From NCBI RefSeq assembly GCF_001194135.2, contig NC_068996.1, forward strand, positions 29,801,899 to 29,865,898: a stretch of DNA of 64,000 bases, written 5' to 3'. A program made the position numbers and the translations under genes. Shown here one piece after another: positions 26,215-38,900 of this stretch; the first letter of the stretch is position 1; each line of letters starts with the position of its first letter. The DNA is from Octopus bimaculoides (taxonomy: Eukaryota). Below the pieces are notes generated by a model. The model saw only the letters and a list, made by a program, of their open reading frames with translations. It ran no database searches and was not told the DNA's origin.

Positions 26215-29200
26215 AATACTTCACCGAAAGCAGATATAAGCTTATGCTTATTCCTGTCTGAAGTATCGTCCGATGAATTTACTTTGTTGACATTCTTCAT
26301 CGACAGAATTTTTATACCTTTCAGTCAAGTCCGCCTTTCTTCCAGTACCATACTGTCCATATAATCTTAAATATTTCTTTAACTTAGGCACAGTAAGTAC
26401 TTCGATAGCTGAATCATCGAAACAATAACAATAACAAAACTGCAACCATCAGAAACCAGTGGTGTCAACTTGCTGTCCAATGTGCTCAAAAGCATGGGAG
26501 GAACTGATCTTGTTGGGTCAGTTAAAAAGAGAAATGGTTTACATCTGTTACTACCAATCCATAAAAAACTTTTATCAACATCATCATTCATAGTCCCCTT
26601 TTCCATACTAGCATGGGTTAGATGGTTCAGCACTGTCAGACAAGCCACGTTATGTCTGCTTTGGTATGGCTTCTACAGCAGGATGTCCTTTTTTTGATAT
26701 TACAATAATAGTAAGAATTTTTATTGAAAACTATAGTAGCTAAACTATTCCAAAATATAATCATACTTCCAATGTTCTTAATACTTGAGGGTTATTCTTG
26801 GTCATTAACTCTCTAAGCCCTGATCATGAAAGCTCGTGGATTAAAATGTTGTGCACTGACTCCCAGATAACTTGTGCAAGAAAAACTCATGTGTATAACC
26901 AATTGTGAGTAGTGTATGATTGATTTAAAAAAGATTTTTTAAATCTTTCTTCTATAGCTTGAGCTATCAAGCTGGTATAAGGAGAAATAAGTCATAGGGG
27001 TTCAAGATTTAGTCCTTTAATATCCTGCACTTGAATTTACAAGTAATTCACAGTTGTTTGAATATATTTCAGATGTGCAAATATTTCCTTCAAGTACAAT
27101 TTTTCAGCAAGCAGTAGCCACAATTAGGAAAAAAAAAAAAATTACAATTTGTCATTCTATTTCAAATACATTTCTACCCACCTACCACGAAAACTATAAA
27201 CCTTAGCTTCCTAACAACATAGCTAAATGCTAAAATAATGTATAATAGCACTCACTACATAACAAAATATAGTTAGATTCACACCTAACCATCAAACTAT
27301 TCAAGTTTCTGAAAATCAAATTATAGGATACATGAAAAAAGATCAAGAACAAAGTTTAATTATCATACATTTTGGGAAAATTTGATCATTAGAAAATTTT
27401 TAAAAAATAAGCCTGGTAAATCTAATCCAATGAGACTTGTTGATTAAGTGAAAAGCATGTTAAAAAATTTAATTGGCAAAGAAAACATAAATGCTCCTAA
27501 ATTAGCCGAAGAGTAACCAACAAGTCACTTGTTCTTTAAGTGATAATCATACTTCCTACTAAAACATTGAATATAAAACTACAAAACAATTTTTGTGATC
27601 AGGATATCAATTTAATTAGACATAAATGTATTGTAATAACATATTAATGAAATTATTGGGTTACTAATGCTTAATAATAGTTTAGAATATTTATATTTTC
27701 AGTATTTCTGGCCAATGGCCAAATAACTGTGAGAGATCAATTGAATATGGAATTTATTAACTTGTATTGCAGTCCATTTGCAGCTTTCCTCTGTGAAGTT
27801 GTCAGGGGGTAAAACATAATGATTAAAACAAGGTAACTTACCTTCACAGATTGATCGTCATTTGTCAGATAACTAGACACATTAACTTTCTCTATTGACA
27901 CAATACAATTTTTAGATACTGTTTTTCCCATGGCTGACAAAATGGAAAAATTATTCCCTGGAGTAGCTGCTGATAAAAAAAAAAGAAAGAAAATGTAAAA
28001 AAAACCTACCTGCTAACTTTTTTAATAAATCAGATGCTATATCTAATTACTGTTTCTATAATCCAGTTTTATTGGATTGCTAACCACCTGCAATAATTGA
28101 AACTATTATGCATAAGTCTACTTTCATCACTTCTGCTACAACCTTCATTTAACCCTTTTATTATTATACTTTTATCTAAAATATCTTCCACCCTTATGTG
28201 TTTCATTTAAATTCTGGAACAATCACGAATTTAGACTGGTCTTATTAAACAACTATAACTTCATTATTTACTGACATATGAATGTGGCTTTTGAAATACA
28301 AAAAGGTTAAATTTATTACATAATTATTACTGAGAGAAACAGTGTTAGTACCAAAAGGTAATCTTTGTATCTAACTTAATGTGGATGTCTTCTAAGAATG
28401 TTGAATACTGTGGTATTCACCTTAAGTCTTCTTGTATGGATGTATGGTGTATAAAAGCACAGACATGTATGTGTGTATGTGTGTGTGTGTGTGTGTGTGT
28501 ATGAATGTATGTATGTATTGTAGTAGACAACAATTATCTGGTGTGGGCACTGGAACTGCCAAATCACATGATTTCAATGTACTGCACTTCTTTAGTGGCA
28601 GAAATCCAGTGACCAGCCAAATAATACTGTTTCTATTGCTAATAATTATCTTTTGGTACAATGCTGAATGCTGTGGCATGACAATAAATACAATAAATTC
28701 AGAAAAATGCAAAATTATCTACATTTTGTTTCAATATCACCATAGAAAGTGATTTATTAGCTAATATTTAATTAGGTATATAGGGATACGACAACATTTT
28801 AATATAAAATAACTGTGCACATTAACATATTTGTAATTGAACAAAGATGCATATAAAACAGGTATACTATAATGGTAAACAGAATAAAATACTGGGATTT
28901 TTATGTCTGAAGTAAACTACAAAATGACCAAGTTTACGGACACAGCATATTCCAGTCATGGGCACTTGCAAAAACTACTGCTCTGCATAAGGCAACCTTG
29001 CAGAATGCATACTAGAAAGTCATTTCAGCTGATTGTCCATTGAGAGCCACACTTCATCCCAACCCTTTCTGATATTAGCATTTCCAGCACAGTTTTTTGT
29101 GGCATGATTTTCTTCTCTACTATTACTTTATAGAAAATGGCTGATTTCCACCATGGTTTAATCCAAATTAAGCTTTCTGCTAACATATTTCTGTTGATAT

Positions 29201-30131
29201 ACAATGCTTTTATTTCACTTAATTTTGCAAATAATGAAGTATGCTGTAAAATAACATTGTCATTATTAAGCTAGTGTTTTGAACATAAATTAGCATGAAA
29301 TTTAAAATTTAAATCAATAAATTTGTTTCATAGAACTTGGTGCAATTTCAAGCAGGTTGGTATTGGAAGGGGAAACAGTCATGAATAGTAGTCAGACTGA
29401 TTAACTGATCTATTGCAAAAGTACCTATATATGCAAATATCATAACAGTTTATATCCAATGTTTTTTCTGGAATTTTTATTTGATAGCCTAGAATGACTA
29501 CAACCAAAATACAGATAAATTTAATTTTCAGTTTTACCAGTACTGTTACACTGCTTTCCATTTAATACTTTTTAAAATAACTAACCTTTTACTTCACTAA
29601 TAGGTGGACCAACATGCACAAAACTCCAATTAGGTCCCCAACCAACTCGAAAGGAGTAGTTCCTCAATGAAGTAATTTCCATTGGTGATTTTGTTTCTTG
29701 CAAAACAGAGCTGCTTGCACAAAGAGTACATTTTCTGAAATTCATTCCTACAGCTGAATATTGACTGCTTTTAGATAATAACTTAGTAACTTCAAGTACA
29801 TCCATCTTAGGTCTTGAAATATCAGATATTTTAGTACCTTTAAATATAAAATGAAAACAATTATTAAATTTTATTACTTGTTCATATAAAAAGATAAAGT
29901 ATATAGGGTAACAAAGCATTGGCAACATTCATATTTACTATATACAAAACCAAGTACTGCCATGACTTATTATCTGGTTAAGTAACCAGACAGTAGCTCC
30001 CTTCTTTGTTTAATAAGTCTATATCTAATATAATAAATGCGAAAACTAATTTCTGTGTGTCAGTGCGTCACATTTAGACACCCACTTTCTCACTCTGAGT
30101 AAAGTAGATATAGAGGCAGTGAGGGTGGTGG

Positions 30132-30180
<49 letters not shown>

Positions 30181-31296
30181 AAAAATTTAGGGGGAGTTAA
30201 TGATGTTTTTATTAAAAGTAGTAGTGTAGATGGTGGCAGTGGGAGTAATAATAAGGGAGAGAGAAAGAGTGGGTATGTGAAAGAAAGGGACTGAACACTG
30301 AATAACATACTGAACGAACTCAGACATTTAGCCTTTTTTTTTATGGTAACAGAGTGATAGTAATAGTATGAGCTGTAGTTGTGATAGAAGCAGGGGCAGC
30401 AGTGATGGTAGTGGTGGTGGTGGTCAGGGATGATGGTGAGAGTAAGCGATGTGAAAGACTGTGGTGATGGTGGTGGAGGAGAAAGCAGCAAAGTCAAAAG
30501 TAGTGATCAGAAGTCTGAAAGGTGTATAGCAATTGTGATGGTGATGGTTGAAAACAATCAACAGAAAGAGAGAGAGAAGGAAATAAGTTAGATAGAAAAA
30601 GAAAATTGTACTGACCCCTGAATGGGAAGATAAAAAATGTTGTTTACCATCTAGCTTTGCAATAAGTTGCAATAAGTTCCAAGTCAACAAATTATATCAT
30701 TGTTTTGATGAAAATTGTTCATTTCTTGAAGAATATTGGTCAAATTTAATAAAATTTAATATGTACTCAATGCATGAAGTGTCACTGCTGGGCCCAAGGC
30801 ATAATGAAGAGCCCTTCACAGGAGCTAGCTTAAAAGCCACCCTATCAGGCAGCTTTTATGCTAATCACATATATTTCTATCTTAATTGAGGTTTGCAAAC
30901 GGTGTGTCATTTCTAATCTGATACAGATAGAAAATTTGTTAAGTTTCAGTATGCATGAGCTAACAAATTTTCTTATTACCATTGGGCTGTTAAACAACTT
31001 TCTGCTTCCACACATGTTTGTTGACATAAGTTGTAAGTATTCTGCAAATTCAATTTAACTGAAACCAGTGAAAAATATTTACATTGGTTATGTTATGGAA
31101 GTGATAATTTCTATATTAAATTGCTATCCAGGCCATGCTGATTTGCACTACTACCCTTTTCCCAGCAATTCTGCAAATCTCCCCTGCATATTCCATAGTC
31201 TTCTAAATTTTACACACCATTTAGCGAATATATCCTAAGCCACTACAGCTAATGGTGAACCAGGTATCCACTTTTGAAAAGAGTGGAAAGTAGTAA

Positions 31297-31352
<56 letters not shown>

Positions 31353-34300
31353 ATAATGGTTTCAAATTTTGATACAATGTAAGCAACTTCGGGGATAGCA
31401 TCTTGTTGATTATACTGACTCCAGTGTTCAACTGGTAATTATTTTATCAACCCAAGCAGAATTTGTGCTCAAAAGGTAAGCATTTTGCCAAGCATACTAA
31501 CAATTCAACTAGCTCACTGCCTTAATATCAATGATGATGGTGGTGGTGGCAGTAGATTTGGTGATGATGATGATAATAGGATGAGGGAAAAAATGACCAA
31601 AACGATTTGGACAACACACATTTTATAATGTAATAATATGTACTATATTATCACTAATATAAAAAGATATAGCTTTTTAAATAGAATACAAATGCATTAG
31701 CTTTGAGCAAGTGTAATTTTGGGTGGATTATTAATGAATGTCAAGTCTAGTTAAAAACAAACAAAAAAAAACCTATTTGAGTTGAAAGAAATAATATCTG
31801 TTATATTAAAGTATTTGAACAGCAAATTCTTAGTGTTCAAAAAGTCTGTCAGGGATTTGAAATTGTGCATGAAAAAGAGAGATATTTATACAAATGCTAC
31901 AAGTACACACACACAGAGGACAGTTATCTGTGTGTGTGCGTGTATGGATATCTATTTATGGAGACCATTAACATTCATATGTATGTGCATGTAACAATAG
32001 CATTTGTTTAACTTTCTCTCACTATTTTCCCTTGATGATTTAAGGCATAGATCTTAGTGAAATTTATCAAGATTGAACATTTCTCTATTTTATCATTTAT
32101 ATGCTACCACTACTCATAGAAATTCTACAGCCTATTTTGTAGTACAGTACCAGTTATAAGCATAGCCTTACTCAGTAATATCATATCATTTTCTCCATAT
32201 GGTTTTAACTTCTATAAATATTTCTATTGAGATCTGTTAAATGAAAATTTTCTTACCACTGAAAGACACTCACTCATGTTGAATAAAAACAAGCCTAAAA
32301 TAAATATTTGGCTCTAACATGATTTTGAAAATTTCCAATGTAGAAATTTAGCCATCATGATTCAAGCAAGTATGGGAGGGAAGTGTCATTTTTTAGTCAG
32401 TCTGATTGTTTAAAAAAAAACATGAAGTCAAGCTTGTATGTAGATGTCTTGAAGTGAAGAATAACTGAACAATAATTTTTGTTGAGAAACAAAAGAAATA
32501 CAGTAGGTAGAATTCTATTTAATATCAATTTGTACTTTTCTTTTTAATGCAGAGTCAAGCAAAACCAATTATCAAAATTAAGGTAAGTCTTAATAAATTT
32601 ATTTTCTCTTCAATTATTTCATAGCAACATCCACTGCTAGTCATTTATATGTAGTACTTAAATGCAATAACATCCATTTCATTAGCAGGAAAAGTGAATT
32701 TTGGAAAGAACACCCATTTTTTTTTCTGGAATTGAATAACATTTATTTTTCTTTTTTTCGTGGTTGGGATGTCAATTGGAAAAAGTTAGAAGTGTTCAAA
32801 AAAAGGGAGTAGATTGTAATGGTGATTGTTGTTGTGAGATGTAGGGTTGGGGCACATTCAGAAATCATGGATTCANNNNNNNNNNNNNNNNNNNNNNNNN
32901 NNNNNNNNNNNNNNNNNNNNNNNNNNNNNNNNNNNNNNNNNNNNNNNNNNNNNNNNNNNNNNNNNNNNNNNNNNNNNNNNNNNNNNNNNNNNNNNNNNNN
33001 NNNNNNNNNNNNNNNNNNNNNNNNNNNNNNNNNNNNNNNNNNNNNNNNNNNNNNNNNNNNNNNNNNNNNNNNNNNNNNNNNNNNNNNNNNNNNNNNNNNN
33101 NNTTTTTAAATTCATATTGTCTTAATGCCTTAAATATTTACTACAAAATTATTTTGCTAGATTTTTTTATGTCTTCCTTTGAAAACACAACAATATGAAA
33201 CTGGTTTCCAATTTTCATCCATGGTGAAACATTTCAGAAAATCAAAGCAAAAAAAAAAAAACAAAAAAAAACTACAAAAATTCATAGCACTCAGATATCT
33301 AGTAAAATAAGGTCAGACAGTGTAACTCAATTGTTTAGATAGTGAAATAACATGCTTCCACAAATGTACTAACAAGATTTGCACTGAAATTCTCATTTGG
33401 GAAAAGACAGTGTGTGAGAGTAAATTATGATGTCATAGGAGAGAAATGTGCCTACATGAATTATGTTTCACTTACATTTAATGAATTTGCAAAGCAAGGG
33501 ACTTGGAAATGCCATTATGCAAGGTTGCTAAATGTAAAGAATGCTTGGTAGTAGAGTCTGCTTAATGTAGATCCAACTGAAGGACCAGCTTTCTGACTCA
33601 GCTATCCTATCTTGGTAGATAAAGCAATTAAGGAGGGAATGATACCCAACGATTGGTGTAGTAGCATTATAGTCAGCTGTTACAAAGGTGATGCCTTAAC
33701 CCTTTAGCGTTTAAACTGGCCATAACTGGCCGAAAATAATTCCCCTTTATTTGTTTGAATTGGTCAAATCCAGCTGTATTTGATTTCTCTACGAAATCAC
33801 TAAAAAAATGAACAATCATGTTATTGATTTCTCGTAGCTTTGAGACAAGGCAAGATAAAACCTTTCCTGCTTTTATTCAAGTAAAAATACTGTGAAATTT
33901 TTGAGACTTCTTGGTTTTTTTTTCAACGTTTGAAGAGAAGTATATATCTTAGTTTTTAATGATATGGCATCAGCAAGCAGCAATTCCTACTTTGAAGGTT
34001 TTATACCCTTATTGATGTACAAAATGTAAAGGAAAACATTGATCTGTCTTTAAACGAATCTAATATTGATATTTACGAATCTTAGTCAGATGAGGAAGAT
34101 TTTGATAATGAAAGTGATAACAATGAAAATGGTTGAAGATTACTAAGTCAACCAGAATTCCTGATTTCACAGATAAGACTGGTTAACAACAGAGTCTACC
34201 TCCCGATGCTCAACCACTGGACTATAATCATTTTTACCAAAAAGTTTTTTTTCAAAGTGTCACAGAAGAAACAAATAAATATGCTCAATGAATAATTTCT

Positions 34301-35955
34301 ATTCATGGAAGAGCTGATCCACTATGGCAGTCAGCTGGTACTGTAGAGATGCAAACTTTTTTTTACTATAAACATCTTCCTTGACTATGGAATTACTGGA
34401 GTCCTGATGTAAGGTATGATAATCCACATATCTCCAGCATTTTGTCTAAGACAAGGTATTTGAAAATATCTCAATATTTGTATTTAGTTGACTTTGCTGA
34501 TGCCCCCAGCAAAAATGACTCAAACTATGATCCCCTGTTATTGATTTTCTTTGTGATAAGTGGAAACAGACCATATGGGTCAGGATATGATGTAGTATGG
34601 TCTCTAACTGAGCCATTTCACCATCAACACCAACACTTCTATTTTGACTGTTTTTTTTCTTCAGTGGCTTTGGCAGAACATCTTGCCCGTGTAAGTACTT
34701 ATACGTGCAGTACCATTATGAGCAACCACAGAGGTTACCCCATGAAATGAAATGAAATTTTTTTTAAAAAGAGGGGGACATTCTACAAGTGCAAAAACAA
34801 AATTTGTTAGCAACTTTTATACAAAGATAAAAGACAGATTTTTATTGTCTACTAATGCTGAGGGGAAACCCTTAGAGAATATTTGCTATAATAAATATAT
34901 TGGTGGAGTTGACAAATCTGACCACTATTGGGCATACTACCCAGCTGGTAGAGGTACATTTTGTGGCTTTTAGTGAATTTAACTATAGTTAATTGATATA
35001 TTGTATATGTAAAAAGTTATAAGGTACCTCTGCCAATAAAGGAATTAAGCTAGCATGCTCTGCTGGATGGGTAATGTCAGTGTGTATGAACGACAGAGTG
35101 TAAATGATTTAAGAGGAAAACTGGGTATAAGAGACATCAAATTTTGTGTGCAAGAGAGAAGACTGCTGGTTTGATCATGTGATGCATATGGATGAAGATA
35201 GCTGCATATCCTCCAGCCAATACCAGCATGGAAAACAACATTAAGCAATAATGATGACAGGCAGATCAGTAACATTAACTAAACTAATTTACTGGCATCT
35301 ACAGGTGGTGTGGTAGTGAAAGGGTTAATATACAGAAACTGGAAAAATTCCATATCAAGGACATACCATTATACACATTTTTATAAAGTAAGTTCAGAAC
35401 ATGGTTATTGATATACAGATAGATGTTCAATCTTTAAGAGTAATATAAAATAAGTTGCAAGAATGGATTATTATTTACAAATACTGTTAAAACCTACTTT
35501 GTGTGTGTTTTTGCAATTTTATATAATCCTTCCTTTTTAAGTGCGGTTTATGATTTGAACTTTTCTCTGAAGTGATGATAGGTGTGATTACAGACTTTTT
35601 CCGAAGGTCAACATTTTCATTAACATTTTCTGAAAATAAAAATAATTGAAAATGTAATAAAAAAACATTAATGGTAGAAGTTCATTTTTGATATTCAGAT
35701 CGATTTATTGTAACCACTTCACAATCGCATTTCTAACAACTATATATTCTTTTATTCATTTACTTGTTTCAGTCATTTGATGGCAGCCATGCTGGAGCAC
35801 TGCCTTTAGTCAAACAAATCAACCCCAGGATTTATTCTTTGTAAGCCTAGCACTTCTTCTATGAGTCTCTTTTGCCAAAATGCTAAGTTACGGAGACATA
35901 AACAGACCAACATTGGTTGTCAAGTGATGGTGGGGGGACAAACACAGACACACAA

Positions 35956-35994
<39 letters not shown>

Positions 35995-38900
35995 TACACA
36001 ACGGCATTGGTTGGCCCAAGGCTACAGTAGAAGACGCTTGCCCAAGGTGCCATGCAGTGGGATTGAACCAGAACCATGTGGTTGGGAAGCAAGCTTCTTA
36101 CCACACAGCTACTCCTGCACCTATAGATCAATAAATTTTCAAAACAACTTTACACACATTTAGTGATAATTAAATTGATGCTTAGGATACAGCTTAAAAA
36201 ACAAAATTTCACCTAATAAAATCCATTTATGTAATAATGAGATTCAAATTAGCAGCCTTAAGTGATCCTGAATTAAAAGCATGGGTAACAAACAATAAAG
36301 GTTTCTTATTTTGTTAGCAATTATCAGCAAATATAAATATATTGATACAATAAGTATAATTATTTAAACTGTTAAGATCTATTCCAAAACAAAAAAAAAA
36401 CACATTGAAGATATGCATACAATTTACATACCGTTTTCAGCATCTCCAAAGAAAGATGCCTTCATCATTTGTATGTTATTACTATTAACTCCTATTTCAA
36501 GTACAAGATTGTGTGGGAATGTTTCAGCTGGTTCAGCATTTTCCATTGGTTCCACTAAAAATGAAAAATAAATGTTCTGAAAGTCAGAAAATACATGCAA
36601 ATAAATATCTTGTCTATACAGCTCTCCTGAAAAGTCATTCCCTCATTTCTGCTGTAACAGATTATTAAACTTAGCTTGAGCTACCTTAAATTTGTAGTAT
36701 ATCTTTGTTTTTTACTTTAATGTCTAACACAGATACTAACTTCGCCGTATGTCCTGATTGCTTTTCCTTGTTTTCTGAATCGTCTAATATTATCTTCATA
36801 ATGGAAATGAAATCTCGATATTGTTATTTTAACTCAACTCACTCAAGTTAAGATTCTCTTTCTCCAAATAATTTCTACCAACAAAGCAATGGAGGTCATT
36901 TTGTTATTTTAAGAGCAATGGTTACAAAGACAATCAAATCATGTATCAATCAATACTAAGCCTGACAATTTTAAATTTATTTTATAAGAATTTTGATTGG
37001 ATACTAAGTTGAAACCAATATTGTTATATTTCAGAAGCCATACTTCCACTGGTTGTTGTTGTTGACCTATACTTCTTTCCTCTTCCCTGAAACAGTGTTG
37101 TTTGTCTACATTCCCGACTTGATAGATCTGCTTTGTTTTACTTCTACCTTCATTTTAAGCTTTATGTCAAGTAGTACTTACACCGGTATATTCAATGCTG
37201 TCAGACATAGTAAATGTTGACAGATATTTGTCCTCATCTTGTTTCTTGTTAACACAACATTTCAGCTGATATACCCTCCAGCCTTCATCAGGTGTCTTGG
37301 GGAAATTTCGAACCTGGGTTTTCATCCTTAAGGTATTTTTCGATGTTATTATCATTATTCAGTAATGTAACTAAAAAAAGGCAGTACCCAATACATTATA
37401 CCATTGTAGTGACGCCTTAATAGCAGACATTCCGGAAAGCTTATCCACGCATGCACAGGGACTAGTTCCGGAAGGAATACAGGAAGAATCTCGTGCGCAT
37501 GCGTGGTCGTTCGACACCCAAGCTTCGCGCCCTTTTTCATTCTCTTTTCTCGCCGGCCGGCGAAGAGCTCAGACGTACAAGCAGTCTCTCTCCAACATTC
37601 CAACTCTGGAGACAGTCTTTCCAACATTCCAACTCTGGAACTAGACAAATAACCACCAACATCATTGACGGCGTCTCAGCAACCAAAAGGGCGAAGTGCT
37701 GCCTATTTCCTCTGTAAATAAATATTGTTGTGTTGATGGTTCAGAATCTGTGTTCCGTTGTTTCTTCTAGTAATTTGATGTACGGAAGCGGGTATACACC
37801 TAATGGTGTATAACTCCTTTCCTACACCATTATCTTTTCTATTCAGCTAGTCATCATTTGCTCTTGACACTTATCATCACTCTTTAGCATTGTGTAATTA
37901 TGTCTCTATTACTGTCATTATCCTACAACCACTCTGTTTCTATCATCACTCTCTTGCAACCTTCATCCACCTGTGCTGATTCTTTTTCTCAATTCACATA
38001 TGCATTTATTCAACTTTTCAAACATATTAACCTGATATGAATGAACAAATATTTCAGTACAGAAAATCTTCTACCCTTACAGGATATAAGGTAATCTCAT
38101 CAGGACTGTTGCCATGAAAAGTATATTAAACAGACTCTGTAAAATGGATGGTGAATACTCAGAGATGACACAAAGCTGAGAGGGACCTTTAGACTTGTTG
38201 CAGATATGTTGACCTCTCTAGTGTCAGTGCCATGATAAAATACGACTAGTAGTGATTAAAAGGGTATCCAACCATAAAAAGCAAACCAAAAATAAAACTT
38301 ACAAGTGAGACATAATTCTCTGACACGTTTAGTAGGGTAGTAAAATAAGAATTGATTTGAGCAGTGATGACCTGTACAACTCATACCACCAAAGGAAGTA
38401 AACAGTAAATGATGATTACGATACTGGATATTTCATAGATAGTACCACAATATTTTTAGATGAAATTGCAAGATAAATGTCAATATAATTGAAAAATTTA
38501 TTAATTCTAAATTTCAAAACTTAAACACTTACCTTCAAAAGATTTTTGAGAATAATCAAATCCAATTAAATCAGACATTTCAGCATCATCTTCTGTAATG
38601 AGCCCATTAACTGGTAGTTGAGAAGTCGACTGCATAGCAGAATCTGAATCATTAATTTCTAACATATCTCTCTTTGTGAAAGCCTGAGGCACATTCAGGT
38701 TGGTATCACCATTAGTTGCACTGTTGGGTGGTAGTCTTTGCTTCTAAAACAAAAATGATGTATGATTCAAAAAGAAATAGCTGAGATTAAATAGCATTGA
38801 AGAATAAAAGTGATTAACATATCATTATTCCAAAAGTAATAACCTTTGTATGTAAAAGACAAAAATTATTAATTTCTAAGATAATCTACTAAAATCTGAT

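Noticed and set aside
28010-28042. 33-nt in-frame minus-strand exon candidate ([11 protein letters not shown]) with gtaggt donor
   Set aside because: It would need a 40-nt intron and has a purine-rich acceptor; the following sequence is just the polypyrimidine tract of the next exon.
28545-28625. Minus-strand GFLP peptide resembling part of Nup96
   Set aside because: The sequence is a partial copy of the fold-back MITE at 53070-53670 and lacks suitable splice sites.
31249-31431. Poly-Leu ORF resembling a signal or transmembrane peptide
   Set aside because: Translation of the (TAG)n microsatellite.
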